A stretch of 57,165 nucleotides of DNA, filler included, from Sphacelaria rigidula (lineage: Eukaryota), in the NCBI GenBank assembly GCA_964200075.2. It is 6 parts of 6 records of this genome, joined end to end, with 100 filler letters (N's around TTAATTAATTAA, not from the genome) between each part and the next. Parts side by side here need not be neighbours in the genome. Positions count along the whole stretch, not along the records: positions 9,546 to 18,990 come from CAXNAA020008484.1; positions 19,091 to 28,534 come from CAXNAA020008485.1; 4 more parts are not named here. The stretch is one strand, 5' to 3'. The translations under genes were made by a program, and so were the position numbers. The notes beneath the pieces are model-generated. The model worked only from the letters and a program-made list of their open reading frames with translations. It was not told the DNA's origin and did not search any database. Within the stretch, counting starts at the first letter, position 1; every line of letters starts with the position of its first letter. This document shows positions 11,521-23,674 of this stretch, in pieces.

Positions 11521-13276
11521 AACACGGGATCTTACAAATTGGGGATGGGTCCTTTATTGGGGGTGAGACACCCGGAGAATTACAATATTCGTATCCACAC
11601 CAATTCTTCAAAATATGGTTTCATTTTTTCACCTGGTAGCTATGGACAACTGCTACACGCCATACAAATTCGGATCTCGATAACCAAAATGTTGGGGTCC
11701 TGGTTTGAAAAGTATTTTTCAAAGGAATTTTGGTTGTACGAACGGACGCCGAAATGGTTCCGAAGGTAGCTTTTCACCCAGGACCGCAGCATTTCGGTGA
11801 TCGAAATCGAAATTGCTATGGCGTGTAGCAGTTGTCAATAGCAATCAGTAGGTGAAAAATGAATCCATTTTTTCAAGAATTTGTATGGGTACGAAGATAT
11901 CACACCCTGGACAATCACATATTGGATGTTATAAGTACAGTGTACGCTTCAAGAAAGATCCAAACACGATGGATGCCGGAGCCCGTACAGATTGGGAAAA
12001 GCTTCAAAGGGAGCCACAGAAGTTCACGTGCATTACTCCGGAGAGTTGTCGAATGCATTCGATATATATATGTGTGTGTGTACTGGTCAGAAAATATGGT
12101 GATAGAGGAGGCGGCCCGGTATATATGCCTCCTGGTTCCTATCTAGCCACCGGTGCGGGGCCGCCCATTCCCTTCCCGGCATGTAGTTAATATATCTTGG
12201 CTAAACATCACGATGGCAGAAAACGCGGGTCGGTATGCGCCTTTTGGTACCCCTGTGGTCACTGGGGCTGTGTTGCTTATACCCTGGACAATATAATATA
12301 TTCCAATATGAAACCAATACTTTGTATTGGAGCCAGCGCAAATATTTCCTTTTCAATACATGTATATATTTATATATATTGTGTTGAGATGTCTTCGGAG
12401 ACATTATTGAAGCAACAACATATATTGCTCGTGCCATGATCATGAAGTAATGTGTGTCAATATGTATTGGACATGCAGTTGCTCCGGGAACAGAACATTC
12501 GATATATATTGTGCATGCGGGCCGTGTGCGTATTGAAGTGTCGTCGACGTATATTGAGTCGAAGCGATGCGTAGCATATTGTTACCATAATAATACATAC
12601 TGAACGCAAACCATGCAGAAGTATTGTTTTTCCAATATATATATTGCGCATGTTCACCGGATACCTATTGTGCAGCAAATATATATTGAACACGCTTGCC
12701 GAGGAATACGTCCAACATTTCCGGCATGTAAACTACATCTTCGAATGGCGACCGCGAACAAAGAACTGCCCACCATACTAGTTCCAATACACTTTCGAAT
12801 CTACATGTTGAAAATCAATACACTTTGCTACACCAACAAGTATTGTGACCGTCGGTTCCCTCATGTGTTGTCCACCCAATATATATTTGACGCATTGACG
12901 CACGACATATTTGGGCGGCAATATATATATTGGCGCTTCGGGTGTCGAGTACATTGAATCTTCAATATACATTGACCTCAGGTGGAGGCCAATATGTTAC
13001 CCGACAAATATATTTTGGTGCCTTCTCGCACCAACATATTACCCGGCCAATATATATATTGAGGTGGCGCGTGTCGTGATAATATGTTTTTTGGTCGATA
13101 TATATTGCATGCCGCGAGCCTTGACATATTGATGGCACAATATATATGCGACGCGTCGAGATATTGAGCGGGCGATATATATTACATATTGTTTTGTCCA
13201 GGGTGTGGCATATTTTGAATGTCCAGGTTTCTCATCCCCAATAAAAAATCCATTCCCAATTTTTGAGATACCGTGT
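11521..13276. mobile_element. Foldback element (family of 25943-26375) interrupted by a nested insertion
   Basis: Left arm aacacgggatcttacaaattggggatggg...; palindromic body 11588-11898; remainder of the right arm at 13208-13276. Ends are approximate. Confidence 0.7.
11901..13207. mobile_element. Non-autonomous TIR element with CAC termini and many (C)AATATATATT(G) motifs
   Basis: Perfect 14-bp TIR CACACCCTGGACAA / TTGTCCAGGGTGTG; AT-rich reiterated internal motif; no convincing TSD. Confidence 0.7.
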
Positions 13277-13289
13277 GTATCCCCCATAC

Positions 13290-13552
13290 CCTGGTATGCG
13301 TAGGTTTCGTAGGTATGGGTTTTGAAAATACCTGATTGGGCGGGTACGGTATAGGTACCGGTATCTCGAAATACCGTGGTACCGTAGGTATCGTAGGTAT
13401 GAGTTTCGAAAATACCTAATTGAGCGGGTACGGACTGGTATCTCGAAATACCGTGGTATCGTAAATGTCGTAGGTATGGCATTCGAACGCACCTGATTGG
13501 GCAGGTATGGTAGGTATACTGGTGTCTCGAAATACCGCGGTATCGTAGTAGG
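13290..13552. repeat. Degenerate tandem repeat (~80-bp unit containing ggtatctcgaaataccgtggt)
   Basis: About three imperfect units are visible. Confidence 0.7.
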
Positions 13553-13554
13553 TA

Positions 13555-14512
13555 CAAGCTGGTTCACTGTGATCACTCAAAATTGTGTCATCAGCAAATG
13601 CCTCCCGCAATTCGCACCCAATAGTCGCATATATGGTATCATACTGACCGCAATGAAGAGATGAAGAGGGTGACATAACCGGACTTTTGTTTAAGGCCGT
13701 AGCGGTGGCGCTATGGGCGAAAATGTGTCTCAGCCAATCAGCGCCCTTCAAAGTGTTCCGAGATCTAATTTACGAATACCAAGCCCAATTTTTATCCAAT
13801 CTCTACATGCTTCGAATCGTAGTAACCGTCATCGACACGGGAATTTAATAAGAAGATCATATTCTAAAAACGGTTACTACAGGGGTCAAATTATACCCGA
13901 AACGGTGATGTTTCGGTGATGTCGGGTGTTGGCGTCGTCTAATTTCCACTAATGATACGCACGAAACACCCAGGGGGCCTCGTGATGGTATCCCCCATAT
14001 CTGTTGTAGAAAAGCTCAGATCGCCCTCAAATCGGCAGTTTCGTAGGTAGTGATGCTTAAAATGGAAATAAATGCATTCTTGACAAATACATCATGTTTT
14101 CTCATTTCTCTACCGGCTTCCGGGGGTCCCCCCCGCATGAAGACCACCCGAAGGCGGTACAGAATGCTCTGAAAGAAAAATAATGGGAACATGCGTCCTG
14201 CGCATGTCCAAGAAACACATGTACAAAGTTTGGTGGAAAAACTCGAAAACCTCATACAGTGTTTCTTGCCTTGACATCAAATTCACCCCAAAAGATGTTT
14301 TTATACTAAAACCAAGTAGTTAGGAGTTGCGCGTTTCAAGCCCACGTCCTCCACAAACGCGCAAACTTTCACGCTTTCATCAGGAGTTAGATGCTGAAAT
14401 TTCGCATGAATTTGCTATGTATCATTACACAACTTTCTACGGACGATGTTTTTTGTACCTCTTGAGGTTTTCACCGTTTTACGGGGGTCTGACGGGATCG
14501 AAGTTGTTTTTT
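13555..14512 (+). mobile_element. Truncated copy of the TA-flanked TIR element at 51640-53156
   Basis: Starts TA|CAAGCTGGTTCAC; colinear with 51640-~52600; interrupted at 14513 by an LTR-like repeat. Confidence 0.8.
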
Positions 14513-15154
14513 TGTGATGGTATATGACTGAGGCATTGAATTAAAACTAGTTTCCTTGTGGATATGCTGATGGTCCCCAGAAACGACCAGCGGGTATGGT
14601 AGGAATCTAGTCGAATATGTGTTTGTAAGGCAGGATTCGATTCCCTGTATAATTGCCGGCTTTGGTTGAAGGCAAAAGGATTGTACCCTATTGGTCGTGT
14701 ACCTGTCGCTATTACAGCCTTGATTCCCAAAAGGTATGACGCGTCACGGTGATTTTGTATTATGACAAGATTGTAAGCAGGGCAGACGGATGTTGGGGCA
14801 GCTGCCCTACCCCACTGTCCCACTCGGAAACCCCGACAACAGTCTTCAGGCCTAACTGGATATAAGGAAGAGCTTTGCTCATCAGCTACCCACCGATCTC
14901 CTGTCTTCAGTGTCGCGAGTCCACAGCCTTATTGACGTGAGTCTTAGCTGTGCTGTACTATCACCCTCCATTACCATTGTACTTGTTTGCTGGCTGTGGG
15001 GCTGTTCCAACTTAGACAGCTGGCTATTGTATTGAGAGAGAACATTCAGCTTTGAGTCACGAGCCGAAAACAGGATCAGCAAGCCACATACTCTCCCACC
15101 CTGGCTCGTGGCCTTGCTTTGCTAGCGATTACGTCGCACACAGGGGTTTTCACA
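14513..15154. mobile_element. LTR-like repeat family B, copy 1
   Basis: Begins TGTGATGG; ~545 bp colinear with 23675-24229; TATA-like TATAAG; possible TCACA end (uncertain); no TSD. Confidence 0.6.
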
Positions 15155-15429
15155 AAGACTGTGGAGAACCCTGTGCAGCTCGTCCTACAGGGTGCTATTT
15201 GTCCACGTGTGGAGTGCCTGAACAGTTGTGGTGCTGCATGCTATGTTTCGGTCTGCACAGAATTGGGGTGGGATCAAGGGTCTGTCAAAAATATATTTCG
15301 GGACACGTAGGCCCCAAGATCGACAATTCGAGTTTTTGAGGGGGGGGGACACACCCAGTCGACTGTCCCCTAGTTTATTGCTGAGGCGTTGGCGGATGTG
15401 GTCAGCTGCCGTGTACAGAGATCCTTGGT

Positions 15430-15677
15430 ATGGAGACCGCTGAGATGACGGACACGCCGCCCGCTCCGAACTCATCTTCAGCAGTTCCCTCTACCACCGA
15501 AGGATCCGATGTATCTTCTGGAGCGGCTACTGCCCCGCTCGTCGCCCGTGTCGCGGCGTGGTCTGATGAACTTGGCTGGGTGTGCCGAACGTGCAAGCAT
15601 GTGTTCGGCAAAAATGCTGTGCACGATTCCCAACAGGAAGTATTGAAATGCCGTGACGAAGGCAAGAGACACAGAGG
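15430..15677 (+). CDS. Hypothetical protein, putative exon 1 (W-x-C-x2-C...H zinc-finger-like module)
   Basis: ATG at 15430; METAEMTD...GWVCRTCKHVFGK...EGKRHR|gtgagt; strong donor, phase 2. Confidence 0.55.
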
Positions 15678-16172
15678 GTGAGTGGCTTCAGGTTTTCCAA
15701 CCTCAAACGATTATTAAAAGCTGAACAATGATAGCAAAGGTAAAAGCTGTGCGATATTGATGTTCAGAATGAGTTGGGATGCGCTATGCACCTACGGACA
15801 CACACACACACACACTGAATACCACCCCCTCTCTTCTACACGGGTATATGATGCGCAACTTGGCTCAACTTACAGCACCTGCACCTTTGCGATAGTGAGA
15901 CCCAATATCAGAACTGTACGGAAAAAGGTAGGTTCAAAAGAGCTGCGCCGTTCTTGGTTTCGGTTAGGGTTGTTAGGGCTTGTCTGAGGCCGTGTCAAAC
16001 CGATTATCTTTGTACTTGAAAACGTGAGAACTGAACGTGCGGTCAGTACAAGCTGCACGTTATCCAAGTCGTTTTCACGTCGCATTGAAAGCAGAGAAGA
16101 CAGCCCTGCGCCATCTGTAGCGTACGTTGCTCGCTTCTCTTTCACGTCCTACTGTACGAAACGCATACACAC

Positions 16173-16175
<3 letters not shown>

Positions 16176-16208
<33 letters not shown>
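16176..16208. repeat. (CA)n microsatellite
   Basis: Direct reading. Confidence 0.95.
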
Positions 16209-16209
<1 letters not shown>

Positions 16210-16505
16210 AGACGAACTGCATGCAAACAGTGCGACAGTACAGACTGTCTGTACTGCACACAAGCGACCACGTACCGCTTCACGATTCTAACTGTCTTTT
16301 TCAATCAAAAGCACAGACCTCTCGTACATATCGACACCGTACAGCAGTGGCTCGAAAATATGTACTGTAATAAATGCTGGTGTTGTTTTTGATCTTGCGC
16401 CAACAAACTAACACGGTTGAGAGCACGTCGAATTATTCGGTTGGCATTTGCGAAGAAAAACAACCGAAACGACTATTCTCCCTCGTTTGCGTTTGCTCTT
16501 CGCAG

Positions 16506-16691
16506 CGCTTTGCTCAAGTTGGCCAAAGCGGCAAGTCCGCCACCACCCCCAACTCAGGAACTGCCAGTGTCGCAAATAGCGACCAAGAACATTTTTGGGA
16601 AATGGACCTGCAAGTGCGGCAAGCACCTGAAACACGGTGACACGTTGACGGAAAGCGGCATCGCCCAGCACACGGACGGGCGAGGACACAG
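16506..16691 (+). CDS. Hypothetical protein, putative exon 2 (second W-x-C-x-C...H...H module)
   Basis: Pyrimidine tract + cgcag acceptor; phase 2 restores the frame: (G)ALLKLAK...GKWTCKCGKHLKH...IAQHTDGRGHR|gtgaa. Confidence 0.55.
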
Positions 16692-16825
16692 GTGAAAGTG
16701 ATGGTGTCCTTGCTATGTTCGGTGTGTAGGCCTGGTTACCACTATCAACACTTTATACTTCGTATTGTGTTTGTACAGACAAGGGTGCATGATGTCTTTC
16801 ACTTGCGGAAGCTATTGAAGCACGT

Positions 16826-17036
16826 TGTAATGCGTGAGAGGACCGCGTGCTTAGAGGACCGCATCGGGATTTGAACACCCATGTGGTTAGGGTCAGGGTT
16901 AGGGTTAGGGTTAGGGTTAGGGTCAGGGGCGCGGTACCTGTAGGGACTGACCCGATTGGTTTTGAAAAACGTCGATCTTGAGGTATTTCGAACTACGGCG
17001 CGGTCCTCTAAGCACGCGGTCCTCTCACGCATTACA
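16826..17036 (+). mobile_element. Telomere-repeat MITE, copy 3 (most intact)
   Basis: Perfect 37-bp TIR TGTAATGCGTGAGAGGACCGCGTGCTTAGAGGACCGC; seven T(T/C)AGGG units at 16887-16928; 6-bp TSD GCACGT. Confidence 0.92.
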
Positions 17037-18889
17037 GCACGTAACGTTGCCTAATGCTGCTCCAGATTTGTTTTATTCTGTTGAATACAACCCTCGACTA
17101 TGACCTGATGCCGCGATACGCCGTGCCATTGTCGCTTATTTTGGGTCACCTGCAATCTGCCATGGCTGGTTTTTCAGGACCTGGACGTCTGGAGATACGA
17201 TGAGGCAGAGTTAGTTACTGTCTTTTGCAAAACAAATGCCCCAGGAAGTAGCGGGACTAGCTCCTGCAGTGGCGATGGAGGCGCCGCAGGCAGGGTGTCC
17301 GTTGCTCGCAACCGACCAGGAGACCTGCACCGCCCGCGCGGGTGGGACATAATCGATCGGGGGCGCTGGTGACGATGAATGCGAAGTGGTGAATGCACCA
17401 ACGCGGTCGTCGTTGCAATCGCCGACGTCGCAAACCACTCCACCACCAATATGTAGCGGGTTCATACCGCAGTTGGAGTATTCCATTGGCATGAATTGGC
17501 CCTTTGGCTTGGTAACCGCTTGTGAACCTTGGGAGGTGCTCGTTCGTAGATGGGTGTGTGTGAGCTTTGCCGGCATCCGAGGTCATCGGGACACGGCGGG
17601 CAAGGAGTAGAAGAAAATAATATACGAACCTCGCAAAGACCGCCAGATTTTTCGGTTTTCGTCAGTGTTTGTTAATTAGTTTAATTAAACAATAGCAAGA
17701 AAAGAATTGAAACAATTATGACAATTTTTGAAAAAATACCCTCCGGGGGGGGGGGGGGGGGGGGGGGGGCCGGAGCCTTACCGCTGCGCCCGTCGACCCG
17801 GGTTGGGGGGCCTGTATTCTTTCGCCCGGGGGAGGTCTGACNNNNNNNNNNGGGGGGGGGGGGGGGCGCGAGGGGGGGGGGGGGGGCTCCGTGTCCGAAA
17901 CGTTTCGCTCGACAGACCCTTCGTGGGATCCAAGTATTTATCGCCCTGTGGAGGAATCACCCTGTACTTGGTTTGGGACTGGACACGGATAATACAATTT
18001 ACATACGACCTACCCTCTGTAACCTAGAGTTTACCTGGATGCTCCGTAAATATAGAGAAAATTCTACAGGAGAAACGTTCAAGAGTTTAAACCCACCCGC
18101 ACTCAAGTGCGGACAAAGTAAGCATGTATCAGATCCTTGTATGTTGTATATCTTCGCTGGACTCAGCGGCAAAAAACAGTGAGCATGCATCGTTCTGCAC
18201 TGAAAATAGTCTACTGTACGCTACTGGGGTCTCTACAACAACATTACAATGTGAAGCTATGTTGGCAACACAAGAGGGGTCAGGCAGGCGGCAACGAATG
18301 CCACGAGAGAAAGTACATTGTCTGTGCCTAAGATTCATGACTTGTGATCAAAATGATTCTCCTGGTCTGCAAGAAAATCTGTGCAAACCGGGTACACGTC
18401 ACGTCGATCGCTGTCTGTGTCAAGTTGTGCTCAGGATACTATTTCTTTGGGCATATGTTGCTGTGCTGACTTCAGAAAAACACCACTGCCACATCATCAC
18501 CCGTTGATTTGCCATGTTCTGGGCGTGTACTCTGGCGTTCGCGCGAGCAGCGAGGTGGCTGGTGTGGCGTGTGTTGTCGAGAGGGCGGTTGCACGTTTAA
18601 CATCACGCCTGTTGGTCGATAGCATCCTTTATGAAAAGTCCAAACCGAGCGAAACGCAACCATCGGACTTTGGACTGACCTCGAACTTCGGGGGAATTAA
18701 AAAGTCCAAGTCCTGACCCGAAATCGGTCTAAGCAAACACCGTATGATATTACTGTTATGGGTGGGACTGAGCCCCCATTTTGGGTACTACATTTAACAG
18801 CCGATTTTAAATTTTGGGGTTGATCTCTAAAATGGGGTTGGAGTGGCATCTCTCTCTTGTAGGGAAAACGCGAAACACTAGCGACCTAG

Positions 18890-18990
18890 CAAAGCCATCT
18901 TCCCCCCCAAGTGTCCGCAGTAGTTGAGCAGCTGTGGCTATGTGCACCTAACAGATGCGGTGTACACGCGTGTCGATGACGATATCACCA
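18890..18990 (+). repeat. Dispersed repeat also present at ~28889-28987
   Basis: Shared ccatcttccccccc...gatgcggtgtacacgcgtgtcgatgacgatatcacca; scaffold 2 ends inside it. Confidence 0.75.
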
Positions 18991-19090
18991 NNNNNNNNNN
19001 NNNNNNNNNNNNNNNNNNNNNNNNNNNNNNNNNNTTAATTAATTAANNNNNNNNNNNNNNNNNNNNNNNNNNNNNNNNNNNNNNNNNNNN
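18991..19090. other. Artificial scaffold linker
   Basis: N44-TTAATTAATTAA-N44. Confidence 0.98.
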
Positions 19091-19299
19091 AACGCTCAGC
19101 CATACTGCCTGACACAGGCTGGAACCAAAGACAAGCGCAACGCAAGTGTGGAAGGATGGCTGATACACTTAGGGGCCTCCTTTTTCGTGCAACCAAATAC
19201 CCCCCCCCTCTATCGTAGGATGACTCAGCATTTTATACCATCGCGCAACGGTTTATTACCCAAAACATCATCGCTTACTTGAAGATCCGTCAAACTCGA

Positions 19300-20430
19300 A
19301 CAAAACAGGAGTGGCACTGAAAGTTATGGCTGACGGCAAAGAGATGGGACCGGACGGGGCTCACCTCTTGAACTCCTCAAGATTCGATTGGTCGGGGAGC
19401 CCTCGTAGATTCTACACCACTTTCACAGTATCGTTGTTGCCCATTGGAGGTCTTGTGACGTGCCGCGAGAGTGGAAAGACACTGGTTGAACAGTTGGACG
19501 ATGGCGAACTACTGCAGTGGTTCCACGTCTGCTAGAGACTCAGGCAAGGATACGTTTCGTCTCGAGTACTGGGCAATATTTTTAGTGCAGTATTGGTCGA
19601 CGTGAGCATTCAACGTTTCGCGTCAGAGTTGGCCATCAACTCAGACTCGGTGCATCTAGATGGTGCACCAAAAGTGAGGGCTGTTGAAGAGACGTTGCCG
19701 GAGAGGGTGCAACGCGCGATGTACGGAATACTGCACCCAGGTGACGCAGGCATAGGCTCGAGGTCCTCAGGCGGGCTTGCTAGAAGGAAGGCTGTGATAG
19801 TGGCGGCCTGTCAGGAGTTCGGATGGATGGTATCAGAGAAGAAGGGAGACTGCATACCCCATCTCCCAGAGACCGCACTGTACACTATATGAAGGCGGCA
19901 GGCCAACGGTACATACAGACGACCGAGTTCGTGTACCTCGTTGAAGCTGTAGGTGCAGACGCCAGTACTTCCATCCGAATCAAGCAACTCTCCCTGAAAG
20001 TCTAGCTTCCTCAAGCCGAGGTGGTCAGAGCTGTCCTGCACGGATGTGCTACATCGATGCTGAGTCCAGAGAACCTCGAATGCCTGCGCATTGCCCGCCA
20101 CGAGTTCTTACCCGAGCCGTTGGCTCATGTAGGAAGGCTGACAATGGACACGAGACTCTTCCATAAAGAGCTGTGCTTGCGATGACCAACAGTTGAGCGT
20201 ATCGAGACGATCGTCCCAAAATGTGTCGACTCCAGTTCGTCGGAAACCTTGGCCGGCAAGGCACACTTCGTCTTCCGAAAAATATCGTTTTCGGGCGGTC
20301 GGCCGCGCAAGAGTTCAGGAGGCTGACCGGCCTTCCAAAACAGTGGGGAAGCCACGTCTAGTAAAAACCGCGTGCACCAGGGACTGTCTCACGCAAGAGG
20401 GAAGAAATGAAATGGTTCGTTGAACGTTTC
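19300..20430 (+). mobile_element. Degenerate non-LTR retrotransposon (LINE, RTE-like) reverse transcriptase
   Basis: Fragments ALKVMADGKEMGPDG..ELLK, VPREWKD, WFHVC*RLRQG, MYGILHPGDAGI (degenerate YADD region), FGWMVSEKK, TTEFVYL; many stops, frameshifts and a deletion. Confidence 0.8.
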
Positions 20431-23400
20431 GCTCACAGGATTGGGCAGAAATCGCGAAGAACGGGAGATAATGGTACCTGGAGATCCAGAAAGTAGCGGA
20501 GTTCGCGGAGGCGTGGCAGCGCGAAGTCATGCGCCAATCCGCATTAATCCGACTGACGTCACAAGCAAGATGTTGTTGTACCGAGAGACGCCAGTAGGGA
20601 AACTGCCATCACTGAAAGAGTAGCAATCCAAAATAGAAATGGTCGAGATAAGCGCTTGCTTTGTGCTTGACTGAGGATGATCAGGAAAGACAGGGTTAAC
20701 GCGAAAACTGGGGTACCTCTGCCTTATCTCATCGGTGGGCGACATATCTCCGTGGCTTCCAACCACAGCTATATTCCATGATTTATTTTCTCTTCTTCGC
20801 CCGCTGGGTCCATCATTTCTCTCATCTTATCTTGCGTACTTGCTCTATTTTCCTCGCTCTCCATTTTATGTTTCCATGTTTGTGCGTTTCCGTTTATTCC
20901 AGCGGTGTTGGCGTCAGAGTGTTTATGAATCGCTTCTGCAGAGCTAGTGGGTGGCAAGTATATGCTCCTGTGTCCCTTTACCGATTGTTTCCGTTTTGTT
21001 GGCCTTGAGTTCCTCTACCGTGTGGCAACGACTGTATTCCTCAGAGACCATTATGTGTGGGACAATCAACCAATCAACCAATCAACCAATCAACCAAGTT
21101 CATAGTTGCAGCGGTCATTGCTTCAGAAGGTGGATCTCTTCAATCCACTGAGCAAAGCTGCACCTGCGATCCTCGTTCACTCGCACCTGTATATCTTAGG
21201 TCGATATTTACGCGGTACTTGGACTTTTGGTCCCACCAGTTTATCCAGAGATATTGTGTATAATTATTTTCTCGTATTCTCGGGCTACCAGCACATTGAC
21301 AATGCCGAATAATCCCAATTCTTCCCCTGCCGTGTACCCTTCCGGTGGATCCCGAGCAGGTATCTTCAGGACCAAGAGCGGGAACGCTCCCACCACCAGA
21401 AGTAACTGGGGAATTTGAGCTACTTTTACTTCGCTAGGGGTGGATGCTGTTACAAACTGAAAGCCGTGTGCACGAGACATGACAAGACCAGGATGGAGGC
21501 GAAAGATCAAACATCGTTCGGTGTGGGATTCTGTGCAGAAAAGTATCAGGCTCTGAGTAACTCAAGCCCTCTTGACGCCGGACACAGTAAAACTATATGT
21601 GTCGCTCAAAGTAGGACATGTGCGAGAAACTATGTTTGCGTTCCCCTCCACGAGAAAAAAAGTTTTCTTTGTGACAGTATTGACACATCACATACCATAC
21701 TACCTGTGGTGTTAGCACGCTGTGGGAATGGATAAGTGTGGTAAAGGATCACTACCCTGGGCGGGGGCGAAAGATCTGCCCCAACAGGGTGCAACTTGTG
21801 GGGTTTGGAAACAAATTAACTGACAGCTTTGTGTAAAATGAGGGGTGTCGTATGACGTTAGCTCACAGAGGCATACGCGCAAAAACCGGAAATGTATGTA
21901 GGCTTGACGAGTATACCATTCACAGAGGCGCGACGTTTGTTATGTTGGGAATGATAGCCTCTCCTTCTGTATATCTGCCATGTTGTATTGCTGTGATCGT
22001 ACATTTCGAGGCGATGTTCAATGCAGGCATGTCCTGGTCGATAGTCGGTTACATATGCAGTTGGATTGTCTCGCCAGCAAAATAACTCTTGCGCTCACGC
22101 AGTCAGCTTTCGATAGATCAAAGGCTGGTGAAGTCACGTTGAGGACTGCCATAGAAACAATTTGTACTTTCTATCAAGACTACGTGAGCGAATTACTTGG
22201 CTTTGTAACGTAGTGGACGGATGGATACGTGCAAAAGTGGCGCTTGAATGTGTGGATGGTGAATGAATATAATAATACATTGCGACAACCGGAGAATGGA
22301 TCGTGACGGGTGCTACTTCACGTGTTCTCCACCAACGATGACCGGATGGTTGGCCCAACCTTGACGGCTGTACAAAAGACCTTCGTGGAACTCGACTATT
22401 GATCAGAAAAGTATTGAATACATCGCCATACCATGCGTTTCATGTATATTGATCCTGCGATAGGTAGGGGGAATCTGATTGCACGAGAGTCATGCTACGA
22501 TAGGGGAGGGGGCAGGGAGGAGGGGGGGGGGATGATCCCGTAAAAAAAGAGGCTCATAGGTGTGTCAGACGACCTAACACACTCGCGGTGCACTTGTATC
22601 TTGGTGAGAATAGTGTCAAGCATTATGAATTGGCGCTTTTTTCGGTAACAAATGCATTCGAACAACCGTTGCTGCTTTCAACGACGATTTGAAGTGAAAT
22701 TTCGTGGAAGTAATGGCCCGAAAGATCGCCCCCCGCTCCCCCTTATCATGCCACGACTCACGAAAAAAGGGGCACGAGGGTGTGATACACGACGTCACAC
22801 ATTTGCTGTGCGGTTGTATGCGGCTGGAACCGTTTCTGCATAGTGTGGCTATGTGTGTGTTGTGTCGGTGTATAGAGCATCAAAATGAAACTTGCTGGTT
22901 GCGGCAACACTTCACAGTGACTCCTCCGTGTATGAAGTGGGTCGAAACACGCACCCGTATTCAGAGGATCACTCTGAAACCCATGTCTTGGATAAACGGG
23001 CTTCCGAGGGCAGCAGGAAACCTCGGACGTGACCTCGGCGGGAATGTGACACACACCGCGTTCATTTGTTGTTGATATGGAAATTTGATCGTCGAAATAG
23101 GGCGCACTAGCTACTTCGTGTTTACGGTATATCCGAGGGCGGTGTCTTGGATGACGACCATAATTTCAGGAAGAACAGGCATACCCCCCCTTTCGCGGAC
23201 AGATGGCATTCAGTGTGACTGGGGACGTGCCGTAACCGTCACTTTCTTCTGTTGAATAGGAACGACTACGCCACACAAGGAAACAGGAATACTGAATTCA
23301 CATGACTATTGCCGAGATAGCCCCCCCACAAAAAGTGCACCGGCACCATCCAACGAAGCGGCTGCGATCCCGCTATTGGGCTCGTTTGCAGCAATTTCGC

Positions 23401-23674
23401 CCACATGAGATGCATATAGTAGTCCGAAACTAGCTTTAACGGCAGTTACGATCATCGCCTCCGTGCACGTTTTTGGCCGGTTTGGGGGGGGGGGCTATCT
23501 CAGCAGCAGACACATTGAGGTTTCATGATGTCGAACGGGTAATGGCACAGGTCGAGGCCTTTGTGGGATTCAAACTTGGTGAGCACGAACCTTCCGAAAA
23601 TGATTGGCTGCTCCACACATTATTGAGGTAGTAACGTTGTCGACATGATGAGGTCATGACTACTGATGGAGCAT

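Noticed and set aside
13039..13576. Repetitive ORFs and a CRISPR-like look of the tandem repeats
   Set aside because: The units are degenerate tandem copies with no unique spacers, there are no cas genes, and the context is eukaryotic TE sequence.
16887..16928. True chromosome end or telomere
   Set aside because: The array is short, internal, and enclosed by TIRs and a TSD.
21286..21402. Possible isolated minus-strand exon (LLLVVGAFPLLVLKIP...GIVNVL)
   Set aside because: Splice sites are plausible, but no partner exons or family motif were found.
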